27,538 bases of DNA from Octopus sinensis (taxonomy: Eukaryota). The notes under the pieces were generated by a model. It worked only from the letters and a program-made list of their open reading frames with translations, was not told the DNA's origin and ran no database searches. This document shows positions 1 to 8,409 of this stretch, piece by piece (the stretch's first letter is position 1; each line of letters starts with the position of its first letter). The stretch is taken from the NCBI RefSeq assembly GCF_006345805.1, contig NW_021823650.1:1-27538 (forward strand), read 5' to 3'. A program made the position numbers and the translations under genes.

Positions 1-334
1 CTGAGAATTTTCCGGTTTAGTAAATGTTTTTATCTTCATTTCACTTAATTTATCAAGCTTCTGTATTCCTAGCACATATTTCGCCTTAATGTGCTGATAT
101 ATGAAAAATATATGGCTTGTGTTAGTACTACCAGCGATTATAATTATTTTTTTATTCTATCGCAATTTGATTTGTTTACATATTTCTCGATAAATTATGA
201 GCGCCAGGCGATATACCAAATTCCCCTAGTGTTGTCGGGACGTTCGGAGTCTGCGCAGTGATATGATTAGTTAGGAAGAGTTAACTCATTAGACGCACAT
301 GCTTCTAGTGAGTTAGGATCCCAGAAAAACAGGG

Positions 335-406
335 TCTCACTGAGAATTCTCCCTGGGCAAATAAATTATCTTGTTTGCTGAATTAGAAAGAAACTGCAGT
401 CTGAGA
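335..406 (+). ncRNA. Hammerhead ribozyme copy (units 1/2), core reads CUGA-GA
   Basis: Same fold; GAAACUGCAGUC|UGAGA at 390-406. One nucleotide is missing from CUGAUGA (340-345). Confidence 0.6.
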
Positions 407-732
407 ATTTTCCGGTTTAGTAAATGTTTTTATCTTCATTTCACTTAATTTATCAAGCTTCTTGTATTCCTAGCACATATTTCGCCTTAATGTGCTGATA
501 TATGAAAAATATATGGCTTGTGTTAGTAATACCAGCGATTATATTATTTTTTTATTCTATCGCAATTTGATTTGTTTACATATTTCTCGATAAATTATGA
601 GCGCCAGGCGATATACCAGAATTCCCTAGTGTTGTCGGGACGTTCGGAGTCTGCGCAGTGATATGATTAGTTAGGAGAGTAACTCATTAGACGCACATGC
701 TTCTAGTGAGTTAGGATCCCAGAAAAACAGGG

Positions 733-804
733 TCTCACTGATGAATTCTCCCTGGGCAAATAAATTATCTTGTTTGCTGAATAGAAAGAAACTGCAGTCT
801 GAGA
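733..804 (+). ncRNA. Type I hammerhead ribozyme (junction of units 2/3; best-conserved copy)
   Basis: Stem I UCUCA 733-737 pairs with UGAGA 800-804. Core CUGAUGA 738-744. Long stem II (UUCU/AGAA plus GGCAAAUAA/UUGUUUGCU). GAAAC 788-792, palindromic C-UGCA-G stem III, GUC 797-799. Predicted cleavage after C799. The base of stem II is a non-canonical A-A apposition. Confidence 0.8.
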
Positions 805-1132
805 ATTTTCCGGTTTAGTAAATGTTTTTATCTCTTCATTTCACTTAATTTATCAAGCTTCTGTATTCCTAGCACATATTTCGCCTTAATGTGCTGATAT
901 ATGAAAAATATATGGCTTGTGTTAGTAATACCAGCGATTATAATTTTTTTTTATTCTATCGCAATTTGATTTGTTTACATATTTCTCGATAAATTATGAG
1001 CGCCAGGCGATATACCAGAATTCCCTAGTGTTGTCGGGACGTTCGGAGTCTGCGCAGTGATATGATTAGTTAGGAAGAGTAACTCATTAGACGCACATGC
1101 TTCTAGTGAGTTAGGATCCCAGAAAAACAGGG

Positions 1133-1204
1133 TCTCACTGATGAATTCTCCCTGGGCAAATAAATTATCTTGTTTGCTGAATTAGAAAGAAACTGCAGTT
1201 GAGA
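1133..1204 (+). ncRNA. Hammerhead ribozyme copy (units 3/4), cleavage-site C missing
   Basis: CUGAUGA 1138-1144 intact; 3' side reads GAAACUGCAGUUGAGA. Confidence 0.6.
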
Positions 1205-1528
1205 ATTTTCCGGTTTAGTAAATGTTTTTATCTTCATTTCACTTAATTTATCAAGCTTCTGTATTCCTAGCACATATTTCGCCTTAATGTGCTTGATATA
1301 TGAAATATATGGCTTGTGTGTAATCCATCGATTATAATTATTTTTTTATTCTATCGCAATTTGATTTGTTTACATATTTCTCGATAAATATGAGCGCCAG
1401 GCGATATAACCAGAATTCCCTAGTGTTGTCGGGACGTTCGGAGTCTGCGCATTGATATGGATTAGTTAGGAAGAGTAACTCATTAGACGCACATGCTTCT
1501 AGTGAGTTAGGATCCCAGAAAAACAGGG

Positions 1529-1600
1529 TCTCACTGATGAATTCTCCCTGGGCAAATAAATTATCTTTTTGCTGAATTAAAAGAAACCGCAGTTCTGAGA
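1529..1600 (+). ncRNA. Hammerhead ribozyme copy (units 4/5), degenerate stem III
   Basis: CUGAUGA 1534-1540 intact; 3' side reads GAAACCGCAGUUCUGAGA. Confidence 0.55.
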
Positions 1601-1771
1601 ATTTTCCGGTTTAGTAATGTTTTTATATCTTCATTTCACTTAATTTATCACGCTTCTGTATTCCTAGCACATATTTCGCCTTAATGTGCTGATATATGAA
1701 AAATATATGGCTTGTGTTAGTATACCAGCGATTATAATTATTTTTTTATCTATCGCAATTTGATTTTGTTA

Positions 1772-1785
1772 TATATATATATATA

Positions 1786-1816
<31 letters not shown>

Positions 1817-2000
1817 TATATAATACACATATATATATATACGCAAGCTCATATGCACAGACACATATGCACATATGCATATGGATATATACACACGCAC
1901 ATACATGAAGTTTAGTTTCTGTTCTTAGCATTTGAAACCTGACGGAGCTCAACCGGTGAATTTCTTTCAGGGAAGGAGTGTGTGTGTGTGTGTGTGTGTG
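1772..2000. repeat. (TA)n, degenerate (CA/TA) and (GT)n microsatellites
   Basis: Direct reading. Confidence 0.9.
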
Positions 2001-2002
2001 TA

Positions 2003-2286
2003 ATCGATTCTTGTATAGACTGGTACTTTATTTATCGACCAATGAAGGACTGAAAGACAAGGTTGAACTCAGCAGATTTAGAACTCAGGACGCACGGTAT
2101 CGGAATTAAAGAAATAGGTATTTCGTCTGTCTTTACGTTCTGAGTTGAAATTCCGCCGAGGTCGACTTTGCTTTTCAACTTTTCTGGGTCGATAAATTAC
2201 GTATCAATTGCGTACAGGGGTCGAGCTAATCGACTGGCCCTCCCCATCCCCAAATTTCGGTCCTTGTGCCTATAGTACAAAAGAAT
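2003..2286. mobile_element. Two fragments of tRNA-derived SINE family A (minus ~2003-2100, plus ~2117-2286)
   Basis: Match the complete copy at 18950-19181 (GAGTTCAAATTCCGCCGAGGTCGACTTTGCC...GGGTCGATAAATT). Confidence 0.8.
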
Positions 2287-2454
2287 AGATATGCATTATG
2301 TGTATATGTATTTATGTGTGTGAGTATATATAAAGGTCGAAGTTGCTACGATCCTTTGGGCGATAACTAAAGACGATTTAATGATATTCTGTGTGTATTT
2401 TCCGTTTGTTCCGTTTGCAGTTCAATATATTTTATGAACACAGACACACACATA

Positions 2455-2862
2455 GGCGTCGGAGTGGTTGTGTGGTAAGTAGCTTGCTTACCAACCACAT
2501 GGTTCCGGGTCCAATCCCACTGCGTGGCACCTTTGGTAGGTGTCTTCTGCTATAGCCCGCCTCGGCCGACCAAGCTTTGTGAATGGGTTTGGTAGACGGA
2601 AACTGAAAGAAGCCCGTCGTATATATGTATATACATACATGTATGTATGTGTATATGTTTGTGTGTCTGTGTTTGTCCCTCCCCCCAGCATCGCGTGACA
2701 ACCGATGCTGGTGTGTTTACGTCCCCGTAACTTAGCTGTTCGGTAAAGGAGACCGATAGAATAAGTACTAGGCTTACAAAGTATAAGTCTTGGTGTTGAT
2801 TTGCTCGACTAAAGGCGGTGCTCCTGCATGGCCACAGCCAAATGACTGAAACAAGTAAAAGA

Positions 2863-2864
<2 letters not shown>
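2455..2864 (+). mobile_element. tRNA-derived SINE family B, complete copy
   Basis: A-box-like GAGTGGTTGTGTGG, B-box-like GGTCCAATCCC, central GGCACCTTTGGTAGGTG (CORE-like; family assignment is inference), internal (TA/TATG)n, 3' end GACTGAAACAAGTAAAAGAAT. Homologous to minus copies at 7085-7934 and 10804-11540. Confidence 0.85.
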
Positions 2865-2923
<59 letters not shown>

Positions 2924-2932
2924 TGTATGTGT
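2865..2932. repeat. (TA)n/(TATG)n microsatellite
   Basis: Direct reading. Confidence 0.95.
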
Positions 2933-2954
2933 ATTATAAACTGTTATAATGTAC

Positions 2955-4055
2955 TTGCCAGCTCCCTCCAAGATGTATGTAGAACCTTTTATAACTGTGA
3001 ATGGTCAAAGGTTGGAGATTGTACCAGATTCATTTATTTAGTAAGTACCTTGAGCACTGCTGGTCTTGATGATGAAATTTCATACAGAATTCAGCAGGGT
3101 TAGTAGTGCTTTAGGTAGGCTTGATAGGCGTCTGTGGAAATTACATAATATATCTTCACAAATTAAAGTTAAGTTATATAACACATGCATCCTCCCATCT
3201 TTGCTATATGTATGTGAGGCATGAGTTGTTTACCGTAGGCAGGTAAGGTAATTGAACGATTTCATCAATAACTTGGAAAAACTTGGGGGATAAACTGGAA
3301 AGTGGCCAATAGTAATGTGGAGGTGCTTGAGAGGAGTGGCAGTAGAAGTATAGAGTCAATGATTTTGCAAAGACGTTTGATGTGGGGGGGAAGGCATTTG
3401 GTAAGGATGAGTGATGAACGACTGCCCAAGCAGCTATTGTATGGTGAACTGGAAGATGGCAGGAGACCAGCACATAAGCCTAAACTAAGGTTTAAGGATT
3501 GCCTTAAAAATGCTCTAATACAGAGAGGAAGTGCAGCTGATAATTGGGGGAGGGAGGCACAAGACCGTGATGGACGGAGGAAGATAGTGCATGATGGTTG
3601 TTCAAGGTTTGAGAGGGAGAGAGTGAAGTATGGGAGAATTAGGAGGGGGGTCTTAGAAGGGGGTCTGGGGAAAGTGAGAGTGTTGCTTTTTATGTGTGTG
3701 GTTTGTGGGCGGAGGTGTTTGAGTCGTGCAGGCCTGGTGAGCCATCAAAATTCTCATAGAAATCGACCCATGATAAACAATGACGTGGCTATTAAAATTC
3801 GTAACAGAACATGTGTAAAATGAGGAAGGGTGTGCCTCTCATTTGGAGGTCTAAAAAGACATGTTAAGAGAGTGCATATAGTGGCACCTATTTCTCCTGC
3901 CAGCCAGCACAGTTGTCTAGTATGTAATAAAATGTGTAAAAGCTTGGCAGGGCTTAGAAGTCATATAAGGGTATCACATGGCAACAATCATGAATCATTT
4001 CAATAAGTCTTCTTGGCAATGTTTTTTCTCGTGTAACGAGGATGCAGCTGTTATG
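2955..4055 (+). mobile_element. 5'-truncated RTE-clade LINE (ORF2 C-terminus, decayed) with three C2H2 zinc fingers
   Basis: FIYLVSTLS..LDDEISYRIQQ, ILPSLLYVCEA, RRLMWGGRHLVRMSDERLPKQLLYGEL..GRRPAHKPKLRFKDCLK are typical RTE post-RT motifs. The frame continues past TGA 3821-3823 to TAA 4004-4006. Confidence 0.9.
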
Positions 4056-4190
4056 TATGCATGTATGCATGTATGTATGTATGTATGTATGTATGTATGT
4101 ATGTATGTATGTATGTATGTATGTATGTATGTATGTATGCATGCATCATGTATGTATGTATGTATGTATGTATGCATGTATGTGCGTTTG
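4056..4190. repeat. (TATG)n microsatellite, probable RTE 3' tail
   Basis: Direct reading; directly follows the RTE 3' UTR. Confidence 0.9.
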
Positions 4191-4324
4191 TGTGTGTTTT
4201 TGGGGCGAGGACGTAGAATTGGCGCAACCGACAGAGTTCAGGAGAAAGACACAGAATCTCTATCTTTTAAGGAATATTGTAAATTCAAGACACACAGAGT
4301 TACTGGACCTGTATACTACATAAG

Positions 4325-5145
4325 TTTTCAATATAACCGCCACAAGCTTTCATACTTCCTCGACGTAACAGCGGAATCGGGAACAGGCACGTTTCACGGT
4401 TGCAACTGACGAATCTTGAAGCTGTTTCAGCTCATCTTTGGTTTGCAGTTAGTCTTGCTGGTGACTCAATCGATCGCGTTCTAAAATGAATAGTCTAGAG
4501 GACTGCAGCCTGGATAGTTAGAAGACCACATATCTAGGTTGACATGCTTGTAAAAGTTGTCTGAGAACCAGCTTCCAGACACCTTGATACCCTTCTTGGT
4601 ATTAAAAATGTGACAGGGTGTGACAAGTCCCTCACTGTCGATCAAAAACCAAGATGTGAACAGAAAATTTTACTGTCCTGACCCTGGAACACCATGTGGG
4701 ACAACTGTTAACCACCTGTTATTCTGCTTGTTGTGTGCCTAGTTCTGGCAAAAGTATTTTGGCCCTCTTCACGCAGTCCTCCTTGGACTTCTGAGTGAGC
4801 AGCTGTCCTATCTGCATGTAGTAACGATGTTCTTCAGCCATACAAGTCTTAAGTCTGCAAATCATAGCCCAGCTGCCTGGAAATCTCGCGCATCCCAATA
4901 AAGAGGAACTTTCTTTTGAGCTGATCAACTTCCTAGGTGAAATCAGCATTTCTCATCCTTTGTTTACTGCGATTACGTTTTCTTCGTAGCCACAGGGTCA
5001 ATGTCAAAATTACTGTCCTTAAACTCTATCCTCACCCTCTGGACAATGAGCAGTAGGACATTTAAGTTATCAGTAATGACTTTGTTATTTATGTCGGCGC
5101 GGATTGCATAGATCGTCACTTTCATTTTCCACTCCTCAGACCGCT
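4325..5145 (-). pseudogene. Decayed IS630-Tc1-mariner transposase (maT/DD37D-like), internally deleted
   Basis: Minus-strand translation across stops and frameshifts: EEWKMKVTIYAIRAD..NV..IVQRVRIEFKDS; MREISRQLGY (HTH); YYMQIGQLLTQKSKEDCVKRAKILL; DSEGLVTPCHIF; DMWSSNYPGCSPLDYSF (cf. WPPNSPDLNPLDY); TVKRACSRFRCYVEEV..GGYIE. Confidence 0.8.
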
Positions 5146-5394
5146 ATTCTTTTAATCTGCTGCACTGCAGTACATCAGCAGATAGAATCCACTCTATTTC
5201 CATATGTCCCAGACCAGACATTCATTTCGTTTCGAGATGATCTGATCTGAATACATGATATTGATAAGCCACAGTAATGACAAAATATCTGTATCTATCA
5301 TTTCGATCACTTTGAGGCGAGTTGACTCATCTGGTCTGGGACGCTCGGTGTTCTTTAACATCTGCATCATGCAGGGAGCTTTCCCCGGATGCTA

Positions 5395-5412
5395 CACACA
5401 CACACACAACAC

Positions 5413-5445
<33 letters not shown>

Positions 5446-5475
5446 ATATTATATATATATATGTGTGTGTGTTGT
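5395..5475. repeat. (CA)n/(TA)n/(GT)n microsatellite
   Basis: Direct reading. Confidence 0.9.
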
Positions 5476-5604
5476 GTTGTGTGCCTACGTGTATACACAT
5501 ACATGCATTTCTCTCTTTGCTCCTTTGCGCCACATGGCTCAACTCTCCTCCCTTCTTCATCTAATCCTCCTACTCTCTCCTCTCTTCCTCTCACACATAT
5601 TTCC

Positions 5605-5875
5605 TCCTACCTCAATTGGCCCCGCTCTCTTTAACATTACACCAAAACACATTAAAAGAAACTGGACCCTATAGGGTTCAAGAAGTCTTTGGACAGATTC
5701 CTTCAAGAAATCCCGGATAAACCCCCTACACCCGATATGTTTCTGTAAACAATAACTCTCTACTTGAGTGGGCCAAATTCTGACTTGAAAGACTTCACCA
5801 GGTGGTGCTATTAAGTTAGACATGGCCTGGGCCAATAATGGCCGAAACCTATCAAAGTATCAAAGTATCAAAGTA
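5605..5875 (+). mobile_element. 3' end fragment of the CR1-like LINE with (ATCAAAGT)n tail
   Basis: Reverse complement of 20597-20880. Encodes TSIGPALFNITPKHIK..GFKKSLDRFLQEIPD. Ends CCGAAACCT(ATCAAAGT)x3 then (TA)n. Confidence 0.9.
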
Positions 5876-5886
5876 TATATATATAC

Positions 5887-5925
<39 letters not shown>

Positions 5926-5926
5926 C

Positions 5927-6900
5927 AACCGACACAAGAACACGAGGACGTCCTCATCTACGTTTCAAAGATGTCTGTAAGAGAGGTACGATGGGGGTAA
6001 GTTGCAAATGATCGCCCACACTGGAGGGAAATACTTTTCTACTCTAGGCACAAGGTCTGAAATTTTAAGTGAGGGGGCAGTCGATTAGATCAACCCTAAC
6101 ATGCAGCTGCTACTTAATATATCGATCCCGAAAGGATGAAAGGCAAAGTCGACCTCGGCGGAATTTGAACTCAGAACGTAGCGGCAAACGAAATACCTAT
6201 TTCTTTACTACCCACAAGGGGCTAAACACAGAGGGGACAAAGAAGGACAGACAAACAGATTAAGTCGATTATATCGACCCCAGTGCGTAACTGGTACTTA
6301 TTTAATCGACCTCGAAAGGATGAAAGGCAAAGTCGATCTCGGCGTAACTTGAACTCAGAACGTAGCGGCAGACGAAATACCGCTAAGCATTTCGCCCGGC
6401 GCGCTAACGTTTCTTATTTAATTATTGCCCACAAGAGGCTAAACATAGAGGGGACAAACAAGGACAGACAAAGGGATTAAGTCGATTACATCGACCCTAG
6501 TGCGTAACTGGTACATAATTTATCGATTCCGAATGATGAAAGGCAAAGTTGACCTCGGCGGAATTTGAACTCAGAGTGTAACGGCAAACGAAATACCGCT
6601 AAGCATTTCGCCCGGCGTGCTAACGTTTCTGCCAGCTCGCCGCCTGGATGGAAATACTGCGAAAGGGAATGAAGGTGAGCGGAAGAAAAAAGGCACTCGC
6701 CATCAAAGAAAAGCGCACTCGACAGAAGGAAAAAGCAGCAGCACCGGCAGGGAGCTCCTTGATATGCAGTCGTTGTGTGGGCCTTGTACACCCACTCCCG
6801 TGTGGGCCCTTATACCCACAATAGATGCTGCACCACCATCGGCAACTGACACGATTTCTTTGGGCGCAGGTCTATGGCCTCTCAGGACCGACGGATGCCT
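5927..6900 (+). mobile_element. Second RTE-like LINE 3' fragment, split by a SINE stack
   Basis: 5927-6035 encodes RGRPHLRFKDVCKR..ANDRPHWREIL. 6645-6830 continues EILRKGMK..KEKRTRQKEKAAAPAGSSLICSRC (decayed zinc finger). Confidence 0.7.
6036..6644 (-). mobile_element. Stack of three SINE family A copies (about 6036-6198, 6199-6412, 6420-6644)
   Basis: Three repeats of AAAGGATGAAAGGCAAAGTCGACCTCGGCGGAATTTGAACTCAGAACG. Flanked by the direct repeat TGGA(G/T)GGAAATACT at 6022-6035 and 6645-6658. Confidence 0.9.
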
Positions 6901-7084
6901 ACTACTAGTGATGATGATGATGGTGGTGATGGCAGCGGTGGCGGTGGAAATGGTGACGCTGGTGGAGGTTATGGCATGGTAGTGTCGTAATCGTAGTTGT
7001 GGTTGTGGTTATGATGAGGATGTCATACGTGTGTGTGTGTGTGTTATATAAGAAGAAAAAGAGAAAGAGGGGAAAGTGTGAGGG

Positions 7085-7324
7085 AGAGGAGAAATGCAGA
7101 TACTCTTTTACTCTTCTACTTGCTTCAGTCATTTGACTGTGGCCATGCTGAAGCACCGCCTTTAGTCGAGCAAATCGACACCAGGGCTTATTCTTTGTAA
7201 TCCTAGTACTTATTCTATAGTTCTTTTGTGCCGAACCGCTAAGTTACGGGGACGTAAACACACTAGCATCGGTTGTCAAGCGATGTTGGGGGGACAAACA
7301 CAGACACACAAACATATACACGCA

Positions 7325-7377
<53 letters not shown>

Positions 7378-7718
7378 GTTATATACTGTCAATCTAACAA
7401 GAACGTGACAGTAGGGGTACACCACCGCTGTATAGCCCTAGGAAGCATCGAACGCCTCCTGATAGCTTTGACACATTTTTCCCCTGTGTCCTTATATAGA
7501 CATACGAAGGGGAGACAAACACCCCCCCGCTGCCGGAACTGCATCTAGGGACACCGTGTTTCAGGATCATTGCTATCAGGAGGCGTTCGATGCTTCCTAT
7601 GGCTATACAGCGGTGTGTACCCCCTACTGTCACGTTCTTGTTAGATTGACAGTATACAACCATTCTATCGCCCCACCACCGTACATGTCCTCTACGAGAG
7701 ATTTAGAAATTCATATTT

Positions 7719-7769
<51 letters not shown>

Positions 7770-7934
7770 GACGGGTTTCTTTCAGTTTCCGTCTACCAAA
7801 TCCACTGACAAGGCTTTGGTCGGCCCGAGGCTATAGCGCAGAAGACACTTTCCCAAAGTGCCACGCAATGGGACTGAACCAGGAACCATGTTGTTCGTAA
7901 GCAAGCTACTTACCACACAGCCACTCCTACGCCT
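7085..7934 (-). mobile_element. SINE family B, interrupted in its internal (TA)n by a foldback element
   Basis: 3' part 7085-7325 and 5' part 7769-7934 (..CTTACCACACAGCCACTCCTACGCC) match 2455-2864 in reverse. Confidence 0.85.
7370..7668. mobile_element. Foldback / MITE-like element with ~97-bp inverted arms and a 105-bp spacer
   Basis: 7370-7466 (ATAGAATGGTTATATACTGTCAATC...CCTGATAGC) is the reverse complement of 7572-7668, with about 4 differences. Confidence 0.85.
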
Positions 7935-8040
7935 AAATACAAAGTTTGCATATAATTTTCTTATGTGTGTATATATGTGCGCATGTGTATGTGTGCGTAT
8001 ATATAAGTAATATGTATATGTATGTGTGCGTATGTTTGTA

Positions 8041-8075
<35 letters not shown>

Positions 8076-8409
8076 ACAGTAATAATGAATCCTATTAGCG
8101 CAATCTTCAGTTAAATGGAGGACTTCAAACGTTTACTTTCTCATTCCTCGACTTCGTTGACAAAACACCACCATGACACACCATTATCGTAACCACGAGC
8201 AAGACTACAATTAGATCATTGCTATACTATGAGCATCACCAGCGCCACCACCGGGAGCGACATTATCACGGCCACCACTGTCACGCCGACGACGTTTATG
8301 TTCAAAGTGTTTTTCGTTGGCGATGGTATAAATTTTCACATCTCACCATCCACAATGCTCATAATGACTCATCAAATGACATGAGGTTAAATTTGATAAT
8401 AGGATCCAA

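Larger units (their letters stand above)
1..1771 (+). repeat. Tandem array of ~399-bp units (4 full + 1 partial; continues upstream of the window); hammerhead-containing satellite / retrozyme-like
   Basis: Unit start CTGAGAATTTTCCGGTTTAG recurs at 1, 401, 799, ~1199 and 1595. Units are near-identical apart from 1-nt indels. The last partial unit runs into (TA)n at ~1772. Confidence 0.97.

Noticed and set aside
239-251. B-box-like GTTCGGAGTC in each array unit (possible Pol III promoter)
   Set aside because: It has one extra base relative to GTTCRANNC and no convincing A box at normal spacing, so it is too weak to call.
1-1771. Array as a CRISPR locus or a tandem tRNA/snRNA/5S gene cluster
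   Set aside because: There is no repeat-spacer alternation and the context is eukaryotic. No cloverleaf, Sm site or 5S similarity is recognisable. The hammerhead core explains the junctions.
6617-6982. 121-aa ORF
   Set aside because: A chimera of SINE, off-frame RTE tail and (GAT/GGT)n sequence.
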